Below are positions 25,138-34,031 of a stretch of DNA of 34,093 nt, piece by piece. A program made the translations under genes and the position numbers. Every line of letters begins with the position of its first letter. The stretch's first letter is position 1. The DNA is from Chloroflexia bacterium (GTDB lineage Bacteria > Chloroflexota > Chloroflexia > Thermomicrobiales > JALYUS01): NCBI GenBank assembly GCA_025928215.1, contig JAICJW010000002.1, positions 1 through 34,093 on the forward strand, in the 5' to 3' direction. Under the pieces are notes generated by a model that saw nothing but the letters and a program-made list of their open reading frames with translations, searched no databases and had not been told where the DNA came from.

Positions 25138-27288
25138 TCAGGTCAGCCAGCCGCGCTGTCGGAGGGTTTCACTGCCCAGCAAGCCGAGCAATACTTCCTT
25201 GGTCTCCGGGTGATACTCGAACCGGTTGCGCTCGAAGTATTGCACCTGATAGGTCTTCCCGTCCGTCGCGCTCTTCTCGTCGAATGGCTCGCACAGTGGC
25301 AACCCGTAGATCGGCAATCCACCGTGTGCGTCCCAATACGTTTTGAATGTGCCGCTGAGTGTGTGGCCGACCTCCGGGAAGAACCGCAGCGCCGCGGTAT
25401 CATCCACATGTGGGACTTTCGCGAACGCCTTTTCACCGTCCCGACCTTGCACGCTCAAGACACCAAGGCGACCGAGTTCGACCGCATAGGGCGTCCCTGC
25501 CTTCTCCGGATGCGCCTCGAAGCGGGCGCGCTCGAAGTATTGGACGTTGTACGTCTTCTTGTCGTCCGGATTCGTGTCGTTGAATGCTTCCGTAATCGGG
25601 TAGCCAAATTGGGCGAGGCCGCCGTTCGCATCCCAGTACGCGAGGAAGTTCGGGCCAACATTGTGCTTCGTCTCGCTGAAGAATTTCACCCCGGTCTCAG
25701 TTGATGCCGATACGGGATCGGACGGATTGACCTGCACACTGACTTGCTGGGCATCGTCGCTGTCGAGCGGGCCGCCGCCATCCTGCACGACCGAGACGAC
25801 GAAGCGGCTGCGCTGGACGACGGCAGCGCGTATCGCGACGGTGATCGTCACGGATTCGCCGGGTTGCAGCGTTCGCCCGATTCCCCAGCGGTAGGGGGGA
25901 TCGCTGCTCGCAAGCAGTTCTGGCCCCATCGTGACCCGGACGCCGCCCTTCGTACCCGCGAAACCACGTTTCGCGTAGGTATCGCCCTCGGTATAGACGA
26001 ACGAGGGCGGTGGATCTTGCGCCGTGATCGGTGCGGAGCCGGTGTTCTTAAGGGTAACACGCGCGGTAAGCAAGTCACGGGTATACACGCTGGTATCGCC
26101 CCACGTCACCGCACTCAGTGTGGCGTCAATCTGATTGCCCGGTGTGGTTGTCACCTTGACGGCATCCGGCGGGTTCGCCGCGACGGGATCAGCGGCCGGA
26201 TCGCCCGTCCAGAGCGGCAACCCCTTCAATTCGCGACGAATATTGTCCAGATGTGGGTAGAATCCGTCACCGGGACAACTCGTATTGAGCACGCCGCGAT
26301 GACCGCTGATATTCATCACATTGTCGCGATCAATGAAGAAACCTTTGCCGATCGGGTCAAGGTCATTCGCCTTCGCGCGGATGAGCGCGACGAGCGACGA
26401 GCGCACGGCATCGGGAACCGTATGATCGGTGTAGTTGCCGAGGATGGCGATGCCGATACTGCCCCAGTTGTATTGCAACGCGTGCCCGCCGACCACGCGG
26501 TCGCCCCCGAACCGGCCCTCATAGATCGTCCCCTGCTGGTCTATCAGAAAATTGTAGCCGATGTCTCCCCAGCCCCGGGAGACGGCATGATACTGGTAGA
26601 TCGCCCGCAGCGTGGCGCGTGGATCGGTTTCGGGATCGCGCGTCACGGTATGATGAACGATGACTTTCTTGATTGCCCGATATTCCGGCGGCCAGATCTC
26701 CTTGTTGTCTTTGTCGAAGCGAAGTTTTTCATTGGCCGACCACCCCGCACGAGGGACGATGGTGATGCCATTGACGGATTGTGCGCGGAATATCGCATCG
26801 TCCGATGCGGTGAGCGTATTCACCGCCGTGAGTCGAATTAGGTCGAGCGATGAAACGGCGCCCGTGCCGCCCTGGACGGCGGCAGAATACTGCACGAAGC
26901 GCGCCGGAGAACCGATGATGAGGTTGCCGAATGTCGCGGCTTCACGCAGATCGCGCGCGTGGGAATCGGCATGAAGATGTTGCCAGTCACCCCATGCGAC
27001 ACCATCCACACTCGTGCGGACTGCCAAATCCAGCGCCACGGCGGATGGAAGCGTGGCATTCCACTGGGATTCGAGGGCATTAAAGGGGAAATCAGATTGA
27101 AGGATCGGTGAGAGGTACGGCGTGGTATCGAGCGCAATTGCGCGTTGCTCCCAGGTGAAGCGCGACGCAATCGGCTCGGCATTCACCGCGCGCGGTACCG
27201 CATAGAGCGTCGAACCTGTTACAAGAATCAGCATACGGCTTCCGGCTTGCAGCACCGCACGCCGGGTAAACTGCCGCTCGAACCCCAT
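25138..27288 (-). CDS. secreted N-acetylmuramoyl-L-alanine amidase (Amidase_2/PGRP domain) with C-terminal tandem repeats
   Basis: ORF trimmed to MGFERQFTRRAVLQAGSRMLILV... (twin-arginine-like signal). Amidase_2 motifs: VIVHHTVT, GWGDIGYNFLIDQQGTIYEGR, GHALQYNWGSIGIAILGNY and SGHRGVLNTSCPG. Two C-terminal repeats of about 85 aa. Confidence 0.85.
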   Translation of the reverse strand: MGFERQFTRRAVLQAGSRMLILVTGSTLYAVPRAVNAEPIASRFTWEQRAIALDTTPYLSPILQSDFPFNALESQWNATLPSAVALDLAVRTSVDGVAWGDWQHLHADSHARDLREAATFGNLIIGSPARFVQYSAAVQGGTGAVSSLDLIRLTAVNTLTASDDAIFRAQSVNGITIVPRAGWSANEKLRFDKDNKEIWPPEYRAIKKVIVHHTVTRDPETDPRATLRAIYQYHAVSRGWGDIGYNFLIDQQGTIYEGRFGGDRVVGGHALQYNWGSIGIAILGNYTDHTVPDAVRSSLVALIRAKANDLDPIGKGFFIDRDNVMNISGHRGVLNTSCPGDGFYPHLDNIRRELKGLPLWTGDPAADPVAANPPDAVKVTTTPGNQIDATLSAVTWGDTSVYTRDLLTARVTLKNTGSAPITAQDPPPSFVYTEGDTYAKRGFAGTKGGVRVTMGPELLASSDPPYRWGIGRTLQPGESVTITVAIRAAVVQRSRFVVSVVQDGGGPLDSDDAQQVSVQVNPSDPVSASTETGVKFFSETKHNVGPNFLAYWDANGGLAQFGYPITEAFNDTNPDDKKTYNVQYFERARFEAHPEKAGTPYAVELGRLGVLSVQGRDGEKAFAKVPHVDDTAALRFFPEVGHTLSGTFKTYWDAHGGLPIYGLPLCEPFDEKSATDGKTYQVQYFERNRFEYHPETKEVLLGLLGSETLRQRGWLT

Positions 27289-27438
27289 ACTCCCCCCTGC
27301 CTGATCGAGACGAATTCCGCTCCTCCCGCACCAGTGTCGTACGTACACACCGTACACGAACCTGATACTTACGTCAAGTTTGTGCTTGCCGCCGCAGCGA
27401 TAAACGGCTAGGATGCCGACGAACCTTGAGGAGTTGCC

Positions 27439-28404
27439 GTGGTTGATCGATTGATTGTCCGTCGTCGGGATGAGTGGGCGCGGCTTGAAGCGCTGCTGAC
27501 GTCGCGTGCCGGTGCGCGCAGCGCGGAGCACACCGAGGAACTCGGATGGCGGTATCGCGAAGCGAGCGCCGACCTCGCGCTTGCCCGCCGCGAATGGCCG
27601 ACCGATCCGGTTACACGCTACTTGAACAATCTCGTCGAGCGGGCACACCGCCGTCTTTACCGGCGGCGCCATGATACGCCGCAGGCGGTGTGGGAATTTT
27701 ACCGCGACACCTTCCCGCGCCTGTTCCGGGCGACGTTTCGCTATACGCTGGCGGCCTTTGTCACGGTGTTGGTCGGGTTCGTGATGGCCTATATCGCGAC
27801 CTTCGTCCGGCCGTCATTGGCGGAGTCGTTCGTGCCAGGCGGGAGTGGGGTGATCGAGACGATCAAACAGGGGCGGACGTGGTTCGATACGCCACCTGCC
27901 GAGCGGCCGTTCGTGTCGTCGTTCATTATGACGAACAACATTCGCGTCACGCTCCTGTGCTTTGCGGGCGGCGTCTTGTTCGGCATCCCGACCGTCCTGG
28001 TCTTGCTTCAGAATGGATTACAGATCGGTTCGATTGCCGGTTTGACGCAGGTCTACGGTATTCATGGCGCCCTCTGGTCGTTCGTTGCGGCGCATGGCTT
28101 TCTGGAACTCTCGGTCATTTTCATCAGTGGAGGGGCGGGGTTGCGCGTGGCGCACGGTATCATTCAGCCGGGTTTGCGCTCGCGCCGCGAATCTATCGCG
28201 CGCGCCGGACGAAGCGCGACGCTGATCGCGTGCGGATGCGTTCCGCTGCTGATTGTCGCCGGCACATTGGAGGGGTTCGTCTCCCCTTCGGCCTTGCCCG
28301 GTGGCCTGAAATTGCTCATCGGGCTGACAACCGGCGTGGTGCTGTATACCTATCTTCTGCTGGGTGGCCGTGGGGCGGATGATCGAAGTGGATACGTGGA
28401 GTAG
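27439..28404 (+). CDS. SpoIIM/DUF95-family integral membrane protein
   Basis: GTG start preceded by GAGGAG. Cytoplasmic N-terminal helical domain, then TM spans with the family-typical MTNNIRVTLLCFAGGVLFGIPTVLVLLQNGLQIGS and GFLELSVIFISGGAG. Confidence 0.75.
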   Translation: MVDRLIVRRRDEWARLEALLTSRAGARSAEHTEELGWRYREASADLALARREWPTDPVTRYLNNLVERAHRRLYRRRHDTPQAVWEFYRDTFPRLFRATFRYTLAAFVTVLVGFVMAYIATFVRPSLAESFVPGGSGVIETIKQGRTWFDTPPAERPFVSSFIMTNNIRVTLLCFAGGVLFGIPTVLVLLQNGLQIGSIAGLTQVYGIHGALWSFVAAHGFLELSVIFISGGAGLRVAHGIIQPGLRSRRESIARAGRSATLIACGCVPLLIVAGTLEGFVSPSALPGGLKLLIGLTTGVVLYTYLLLGGRGADDRSGYVE

Positions 28405-28429
28405 CGCGGAAGCGCGGAAGGAGCGTGAC

Positions 28430-28897
28430 ATGAACGAGCGAACCGTGGAGCAGCGCCTTGCGGATTTAGGCCATCAACTGCCGCCGGTCTCGCCGCCCGT
28501 TGGCTCGTACGTTAAAGGGGTCGTCGTCGGGAACATGCTCTATCTCTCCGGCAATGGACCCGATCAACCCGGATATATTTCTCCGAAAGGAAAAGTCGGT
28601 GCGACGGTCACGATTGAGCAGGCAGAGGAAGCGGCGCGCTACGTCGGGCTGAACCTGCTCGCGGCCGCGAAGGATACGCTCGGCACGCTCGAACGGATTC
28701 GGCGCGTCGTCAAAGTGCTGGGGATGGTCAATAGTGCGCCCGACTTCGGGCAGCAGCCGCGGGTCATCAATGGATGCTCGGATCTGTTTCTTGCGGTCTT
28801 CGGTGAGGCGGGGCGGCACGCACGCTCGGCGGTCGGGATGGGCGCGTTACCCAATGGGATCCCGGTCGAGATCGAAGCGATCCTTGAGGTCGAATAG
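28430..28897 (+). CDS. RidA/YjgF family reactive-intermediate deaminase
   Basis: ORF trimmed to ATG 28430, which has GGAAGGAG upstream. GNMLYLSGNGP...KVLGMVNSAPDF...ARSAVGMGALPNGIPVEIEAILEV is typical of RidA-family proteins. Confidence 0.85.
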   Translation: MNERTVEQRLADLGHQLPPVSPPVGSYVKGVVVGNMLYLSGNGPDQPGYISPKGKVGATVTIEQAEEAARYVGLNLLAAAKDTLGTLERIRRVVKVLGMVNSAPDFGQQPRVINGCSDLFLAVFGEAGRHARSAVGMGALPNGIPVEIEAILEVE

Positions 28898-28924
28898 CGG
28901 TATCCGTCAACCGCAGATATCCCA

Positions 28925-29854
28925 TCAGAGGCTGATGGTGAATCCTTGCGTTTGGAGTGCCTCTTTGGGGAGGTTTCCTTTGTCCACGCCATTGACGTTA
29001 TAGGTCACGTTGTCCGGCTTACCGCAATAGATCGTGACGGTCTGCCGTGCATCAATCTCGCGGGTTTCTCCGGGGTTGATGTACCCGACCGTCTTGGCGT
29101 TCTTGTCTCCATCGGCATAGATCTCGACCCACGCTTTGACGCTCGAGGTAATAATCACCTTGAGGCTCGTCGCGGGGAGCGCGGATGCGGTCGCTGCCGT
29201 ACCCGTCGTCGGTTGACGTGTGCCAGCGGCGGCGGTGGTTGTTCCGGTGGTGGCGATCGTCGTGCCCGTTACCGTACCCGACGCAGCTGCCGTACCCGAC
29301 ACAGTGGCAATGCGGATCGTATTCGTGTCGGTGGCCGCGGTTGGCGAGATCGCTGGCGTGCTCATGAGCGCGGAAGCGGCGGAGATCGCGGTCGGTGTGG
29401 CGGCGACCGTTGGGACGTCAATGATCGGCTTTTTCGGTGGCGTCTGCACGAGCAGGCTGTATCCCCACGCGGCCACAACGCTGAGGATGCCGATTACAAA
29501 GACGATCACGACGAAGTTCGGGGAGAAAGGACCGGAGGTATTGACTGGCCGCCCAACGGGTTGCGGGCGATAGACAACCTCCGGCTCGCCGCGCGCTTCA
29601 TTGAACAACCGGACCATTTCCTGCGGATTGAGTTGCAACCAGTTGGCGTAGTTATAGACAAACCCACGGGCATAAATTCCCGTGGGTAACAGATGAAATT
29701 CGCCGGATTCGAGCGCGGATAGATGCCGGGCCAGGATCCGGGTCTGCCGCTCGGCGTCCTGAAGACTCCGGCCGAGACCGAGGCGCGCATCGCGCAAAAT
29801 CGCCCCGAACGTCGTCGGCTGAATCGGGCCCCCGTGCTCCCACGGGCTTTGCAT
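28925..29854 (-). CDS. rodZ: RodZ-like protein (N-terminal HTH, one TM span, C-terminal DUF4115-type domain)
   Basis: HTH FGAILRDARLGLGRSLQDAERQTRILARHLSALESGEF..LP..IYARGFVYNYANWL. TM span FVVIVFVIGILSVVAAWGY. Thr/Ala-rich linker. C-terminal VKAWVEIYADGDK...GETREIDARQTVTIYCGKPDNVTYNVNG. Start taken at ATG 29854; the alternative is 29932. Confidence 0.75.
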   Translation of the reverse strand: MQSPWEHGGPIQPTTFGAILRDARLGLGRSLQDAERQTRILARHLSALESGEFHLLPTGIYARGFVYNYANWLQLNPQEMVRLFNEARGEPEVVYRPQPVGRPVNTSGPFSPNFVVIVFVIGILSVVAAWGYSLLVQTPPKKPIIDVPTVAATPTAISAASALMSTPAISPTAATDTNTIRIATVSGTAAASGTVTGTTIATTGTTTAAAGTRQPTTGTAATASALPATSLKVIITSSVKAWVEIYADGDKNAKTVGYINPGETREIDARQTVTIYCGKPDNVTYNVNGVDKGNLPKEALQTQGFTISL

Positions 29855-29949
29855 CACTGACCTTGAGTCCTTCCCGAACCGCACACACGCCACAGCGCGC
29901 GCAATCCGCGTATTCTCCCCCTCAAGCACCATTCATATGATGCGACCGC

Positions 29950-29978
29950 AGTATACGCACGACTGCCGTATTTGTCAC
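29950..29978 (-). promoter_or_regulatory. sigma70-like promoter candidate for rodZ
   Basis: Minus strand reads GTGACA-17 nt-TATACT (5/6 matches to both TTGACA and TATAAT, ideal spacing). It sits in the spacer between the Cys-module ORF stop (29993) and rodZ. Confidence 0.35.
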
Positions 29979-29992
29979 GCGCCCGGCGACTG

Positions 29993-31165
29993 CTATCCCG
30001 CGCCGGGTCGTCGTTTCGTGCCGTGGCGTTTCTCGTCGTCGTGCATTTCCTCAAGCAATGCGTCCGCCAGCGGAGTACCCGCGATGTGTGGGGATACGGC
30101 GGCTTTCGCCAGCCACCATTGGTCATTGGCTGCCCACCATGTACCGATGCACGAGAGGCAGGCCAAATCGTTCGGCCCGACGAGTTGCGGCGTTGGGAAG
30201 GCAAAGCGGTTTCTGCACCAGCCACGGTCGCCACTCTCCGCTGTCTGGAAATCGCGGCAATTAGCGCACCGCTTCCCGCGATTGCGCTGCCGCTCGGCGG
30301 CGTACCACTCTGCCTCCAGCGGCTGCGGTTGCCCACCGCGTGGCGTCGGTGGTGCTCCCGGCGCGTCATTGGAGCGCGGCGGCAGCGTGCTCTCGGCCTG
30401 GCGCGGCGGCAATGGCTGCTCGTATTCACGTGATGGCGGCGTTCGCGCGCCGGGAGGCGGTGTGCGGTACGACGATGCGATCCGTTGCTCGTCATAGCCC
30501 GGATCCGACATGACCGGGATATTGGTCGTTATCGCCGTATGGGGCGCTTGCTGCACGATCGGTGGTGACGATGGTGGCGTGTCGGCGAGCCGGGGGCGGC
30601 CAACCCCCTCATCGCCGACGACCGCCACGCGCGGGGAGCGGCGGTCATCGCGCCGTTCGCCGATTGATCCTGCCGTCGCGTCTGGCGCGGCGACCGTCTC
30701 CAATCGCCGTGGGGGCACCGTGTCGCCGGACTGTTGCGCGATCTGTCGGCGCTCCAGCGCCCGACGATGCGCCTCGCCGACATTCGATGTTCGCGAGCGT
30801 GCTACCGGCATCTGTGGCTCCTCAGTGATTGTCCGGGGTTGCTCAACGCCGACGATAATATCATCGGGGCGCATTCCCTGATAGCCGGAGCGCTGCCGCG
30901 CCGGGTCCGGCGCGGGCCGGTTTTGCCCCGGCAGGAGATCGTTTGCGCCTGCGGCCGCTTCATAGTAATCCCGATCCCAACCGATGCGACAGGCAAGTTC
31001 CTGCCGCCGAACGAGCGCAATCCCGACGATCTCCTGACAGCGTTGGTTGCGACACCAGCCGGACTCGCCGATGTCACTTTGCTCGAAGAACCGGCAGGAA
31101 CCGCACTCGCGTCTCGTCACGTAATACCCACTTTCCGTCCGCCCTGTCCGATCGTAGTCTATCAC
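29993..31165 (-). CDS. hypothetical protein with duplicated Cys-rich modules at both termini and a Pro/Arg-rich linker
   Basis: 390-aa ORF with a GTG start and good G/C third-position bias. N-terminal CGSCRFF..GWCRN..LAC and C-terminal CANCRDF..GWCRN..LACLSC. No named family recognised. Confidence 0.6.
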   Translation of the reverse strand: MIDYDRTGRTESGYYVTRRECGSCRFFEQSDIGESGWCRNQRCQEIVGIALVRRQELACRIGWDRDYYEAAAGANDLLPGQNRPAPDPARQRSGYQGMRPDDIIVGVEQPRTITEEPQMPVARSRTSNVGEAHRRALERRQIAQQSGDTVPPRRLETVAAPDATAGSIGERRDDRRSPRVAVVGDEGVGRPRLADTPPSSPPIVQQAPHTAITTNIPVMSDPGYDEQRIASSYRTPPPGARTPPSREYEQPLPPRQAESTLPPRSNDAPGAPPTPRGGQPQPLEAEWYAAERQRNRGKRCANCRDFQTAESGDRGWCRNRFAFPTPQLVGPNDLACLSCIGTWWAANDQWWLAKAAVSPHIAGTPLADALLEEMHDDEKRHGTKRRPGAG

Positions 31166-31234
31166 AGCCCGGAGCGAGAATCATGCCTCGTATGGCTCCT
31201 ATCATACAATACGTACTAGCGTACGTACGACCCC

Positions 31235-32269
31235 TCAGCCCAATCTGTAGGCGGTAACATTGTGTGCGGGGATCGGCACCGCGTGTTCAGAGCTTTCGCC
31301 CACCTGCACGCAAAGTGCCCGTTCGCCGTCGCTGAGCGCGGCAATAGATGGTGGGCTCAGTACGGTGCATGCCAATCCGTAGTGTCCCGGATCGCGCTTT
31401 TGCGTGGGCACGTTCTCGTGCGGACGCAGATCCGATTCGATCTCCCGCAGGGCATCGCCGTGTGGAATGATCGTGATCGTCTGTGTGAAGCGGTCGAGCA
31501 TCGCTTGTGCGCCATGAAGATGCTGGAACGGTGCAACGGCGCGCGCACCGGACAGGGCGTCGCCAATGCCGTCGAGTACGACGATGCCCGCTCCCATGCC
31601 GCGCCGGGATTCAGACTCGTGCGGACGATCGAGCAGTGCCCACGCGACGGGTTCCGATACGCTGCCAATGATGAGCGTGCCGGGGAATGACCGCGAGATG
31701 GGCGTGAGGTGCGCGACTTCAGCGATATGCGCGACAACGACGCTCGCTGTCCGCAACGACGGCGGAATCCCATCATCGGTAACCGCACCATCGAGCAGCG
31801 CCGGTTCGATATGAAGTGGTGGGAGATCGCCTGATTCGTCCGCAAAGGCGTATCCACATTGCGCGACCGCCGATGTGACGATGATCGCGCGTTCGCTGAT
31901 GGCGCGCACCGTGCCCCCGTAGCGCGCCCGAATCTCGTGTTCGGCGGTTTTGTTCTCGATGGCGAGTGCCCCACTATCCGGGAGACCACGCGCGATACCG
32001 CTGAAAGGCGCCGCAACCTTCCGAGTCCGGAAACCGATCCGTCGCTCGCCGAGAGAGGCACCCGCCGTATAATCCATGCCCTCGCACCGCGCAATCGCGT
32101 CCTTGGTTTCTTCCGCCGAAAGCCGGAGCATCGTGGCATAGGCGATGATCGTCGAGAAATCAGGCCTGGCAGCGATGACATCACCGGCGGCAACCGTTTC
32201 ACCTACTTCGACCCGGACAGTATCGCGCTCGCCGAGGGCATATCGCACATCCATTGTGTCGCAGTACAT
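31235..32269 (-). CDS. hypothetical protein (N-terminal lipoyl/hybrid-barrel-like motif)
   Basis: 344-aa ORF whose ATG is preceded by GAGAGG 8 nt upstream, 16 nt after the stop of the upstream ORF. VRVEVGETVAAGDVIA and VAAPFSGIARGL resemble the two half-motifs of a barrel-sandwich hybrid fold. No signal peptide or TM span. Confidence 0.6.
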   Translation of the reverse strand: MYCDTMDVRYALGERDTVRVEVGETVAAGDVIAARPDFSTIIAYATMLRLSAEETKDAIARCEGMDYTAGASLGERRIGFRTRKVAAPFSGIARGLPDSGALAIENKTAEHEIRARYGGTVRAISERAIIVTSAVAQCGYAFADESGDLPPLHIEPALLDGAVTDDGIPPSLRTASVVVAHIAEVAHLTPISRSFPGTLIIGSVSEPVAWALLDRPHESESRRGMGAGIVVLDGIGDALSGARAVAPFQHLHGAQAMLDRFTQTITIIPHGDALREIESDLRPHENVPTQKRDPGHYGLACTVLSPPSIAALSDGERALCVQVGESSEHAVPIPAHNVTAYRLG

Positions 32270-32285
32270 TGTTTAGCCTCTCATG

Positions 32286-33977
32286 CTATGCATCGTTCAG
32301 TGCATCCCGTCCGGTCGCGGCCGGTCTGAGCCGTCCGCTTACATTCGGCCGCGACGCATGTGCAGTGACGGCGGCGAGGGGGCGACGACGCGTATCCATC
32401 AGCACGCCGCCCGCGCCGCCATCAAGGGCGATCCGTGTTCCCCCGGTCCCGTGGCCCGTCAGACTGAGCGTTGCCGCCCCCTCGCAGACGATCGTCGTCA
32501 GCGCGTCGGCTGCCACCTCCGTCGTCCGTGTGCGGCCATCATGGACGAGCGTTGCCGACAAAGCGCCGCGTGTGCGTTCGCCAGCCAACGACGCCTGCAC
32601 GACCGATCCGACGATCAGAATCGCGTCATGCGCGAGGAGGCTGGATGCGTCGGCGGGGTAGGGTATCGCGAGCGCGCCGACCGCGGGGATCAAATCATTG
32701 CTGTCGCAGGCCACGACAGCAACACGGATGGTCGGCATCAGGTCGGCGACGAGGCGTAGCGCCGCCGCTGACGATCCTAGCTGTGTCAACGTGGGGCCGA
32801 GCATCCAGAGCGCCCCATCCGGGATCCGCTCGAACGCCTTGCCAAGAACCAGCCGAATTGCAACACGTGCGAAGGCGGCGGCAATTGCGCGGTCTTCGTC
32901 ATCGGTGAGGAGAGCCATCGGCCACGAAACGCGGCGCAAGGCCCATGTGCGCAAAAATTGTGCGTCGAGTGTGAAGGGAACCCAGCGGGCAATCTGCTCC
33001 GGTGCGCACCGATTCAGCAGTCGGATCACGCCGCGCGCGCAATCAATGTCCGGATCGTGATAGACCGTTGCCCCGCTCTCGTCCGCGATGATTGCGGTGG
33101 TACCCTCACTGACGTCAAGATAGACCGATGGTTGACCTCGCTCGACGCTGACCGCCCGCATTGCGACGGCGAGCGCTTCGGGGCGAGAGAGGAGGGGCGA
33201 TTCATCAGGAATCCATTGCCGACAGCGCGTGGTACGCATCCGATTCATGGCGTTGGTCAGTTGACGCGCACTCTGGTCGCCGCGCGGAATCACGATCGTA
33301 TCGGGCGGTACGGTAGCGGTGAGCGCGGTGTCGGATGTGAGTACAAGGCAGCGCGCATCGCCCGACGACTCCGTTTCATTCAGGGCGGTGAGCAGTTGGG
33401 CGGCCCAGAGGGGGAGTGCGCCGGGCGGAATAACGACTTGTAGCGCCTCGTTGCGCCCGGCGCGCCACAGATCGGTCAGCGGCTGACACCACGACCGATT
33501 GCGCGCGCGCTGTCGCGACGGTATGGCGGTCTCCGCAACCACGTGTGCGACGCCATATCGCTCCGCAATGCCAAGTGCGGTCGCATCGTCCCGACTTCGC
33601 TCGCCGACGATGTGCAAGCGAACAGGTGGCCCCGCCACGACCACCGCACTGGTCATCTCGCCCGAGAGCGCGTACCCGCATTGGCATGCGAGGCGGGCGA
33701 GTGCGCCCCGCATGCCTCGTTGCGGTTCCGTCACGATCGCGGGGCTGCCCGCGATGAATCGCGCGTCGCCTTCCGTTGGTGCGATCAGTGCGAGATTTGC
33801 CTGATAAGAGTTCGCCGTGACGATGATGCGTTGCGGTGTCACGCCGCCCGGTGGAATAGTCGGTACGGCGGACACGTCATCAGCGGCGTTACGCACGGCA
33901 TTGCCTCCACGACGACCGGTTGCCCGGCAGGTTGGTTCCATTGCGACCGTCGGCACCGTGGATGCCGACCTATCCAT
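32286..33977 (-). CDS. hypothetical protein, possibly a divergent actin-fold (ASKHA, GlmL/MutL- or EutA-like) protein
   Basis: 563-aa ORF, the longest reading frame in this region. VYLDVSEGTTAIIADESG and ACDSNDLIPAVGALA resemble ASKHA/GlmL-type motifs (from memory). No clear RBS, so the start is uncertain (ATG 33977 or internal). Confidence 0.6.
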   Translation of the reverse strand: MDRSASTVPTVAMEPTCRATGRRGGNAVRNAADDVSAVPTIPPGGVTPQRIIVTANSYQANLALIAPTEGDARFIAGSPAIVTEPQRGMRGALARLACQCGYALSGEMTSAVVVAGPPVRLHIVGERSRDDATALGIAERYGVAHVVAETAIPSRQRARNRSWCQPLTDLWRAGRNEALQVVIPPGALPLWAAQLLTALNETESSGDARCLVLTSDTALTATVPPDTIVIPRGDQSARQLTNAMNRMRTTRCRQWIPDESPLLSRPEALAVAMRAVSVERGQPSVYLDVSEGTTAIIADESGATVYHDPDIDCARGVIRLLNRCAPEQIARWVPFTLDAQFLRTWALRRVSWPMALLTDDEDRAIAAAFARVAIRLVLGKAFERIPDGALWMLGPTLTQLGSSAAALRLVADLMPTIRVAVVACDSNDLIPAVGALAIPYPADASSLLAHDAILIVGSVVQASLAGERTRGALSATLVHDGRTRTTEVAADALTTIVCEGAATLSLTGHGTGGTRIALDGGAGGVLMDTRRRPLAAVTAHASRPNVSGRLRPAATGRDALNDA

Positions 33978-34031
33978 TGTCTGTCTGCACGTTCGCGTCA
34001 GTCTATCACGATCAATGCGGTGCGTCAGGAC

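Noticed and set aside
25744-26841. 365-aa plus-strand ORF antisense to the amidase gene
   Set aside because: No motifs; the minus strand carries the Amidase_2 catalytic signatures across the same region.
27386-27414. TTGCCG-17-TAGGAT upstream of the SpoIIM-like gene
   Set aside because: Only 4/6 matches in each hexamer, which is indistinguishable from chance in this spacer.
27289-27672. 128-codon N-terminal extension of the amidase ORF (track start 27672)
   Set aside because: The extension overlaps the SpoIIM-like gene start and its promoter region, and it has no signal peptide. The internal ATG at 27288 is followed directly by a twin-arginine signal and preceded by a G-rich RBS-like stretch. 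I made similar trims at 7393-7617, 12925-13011, 17001-17192, 21475-21549, 28364-28429 and 3545-3616.
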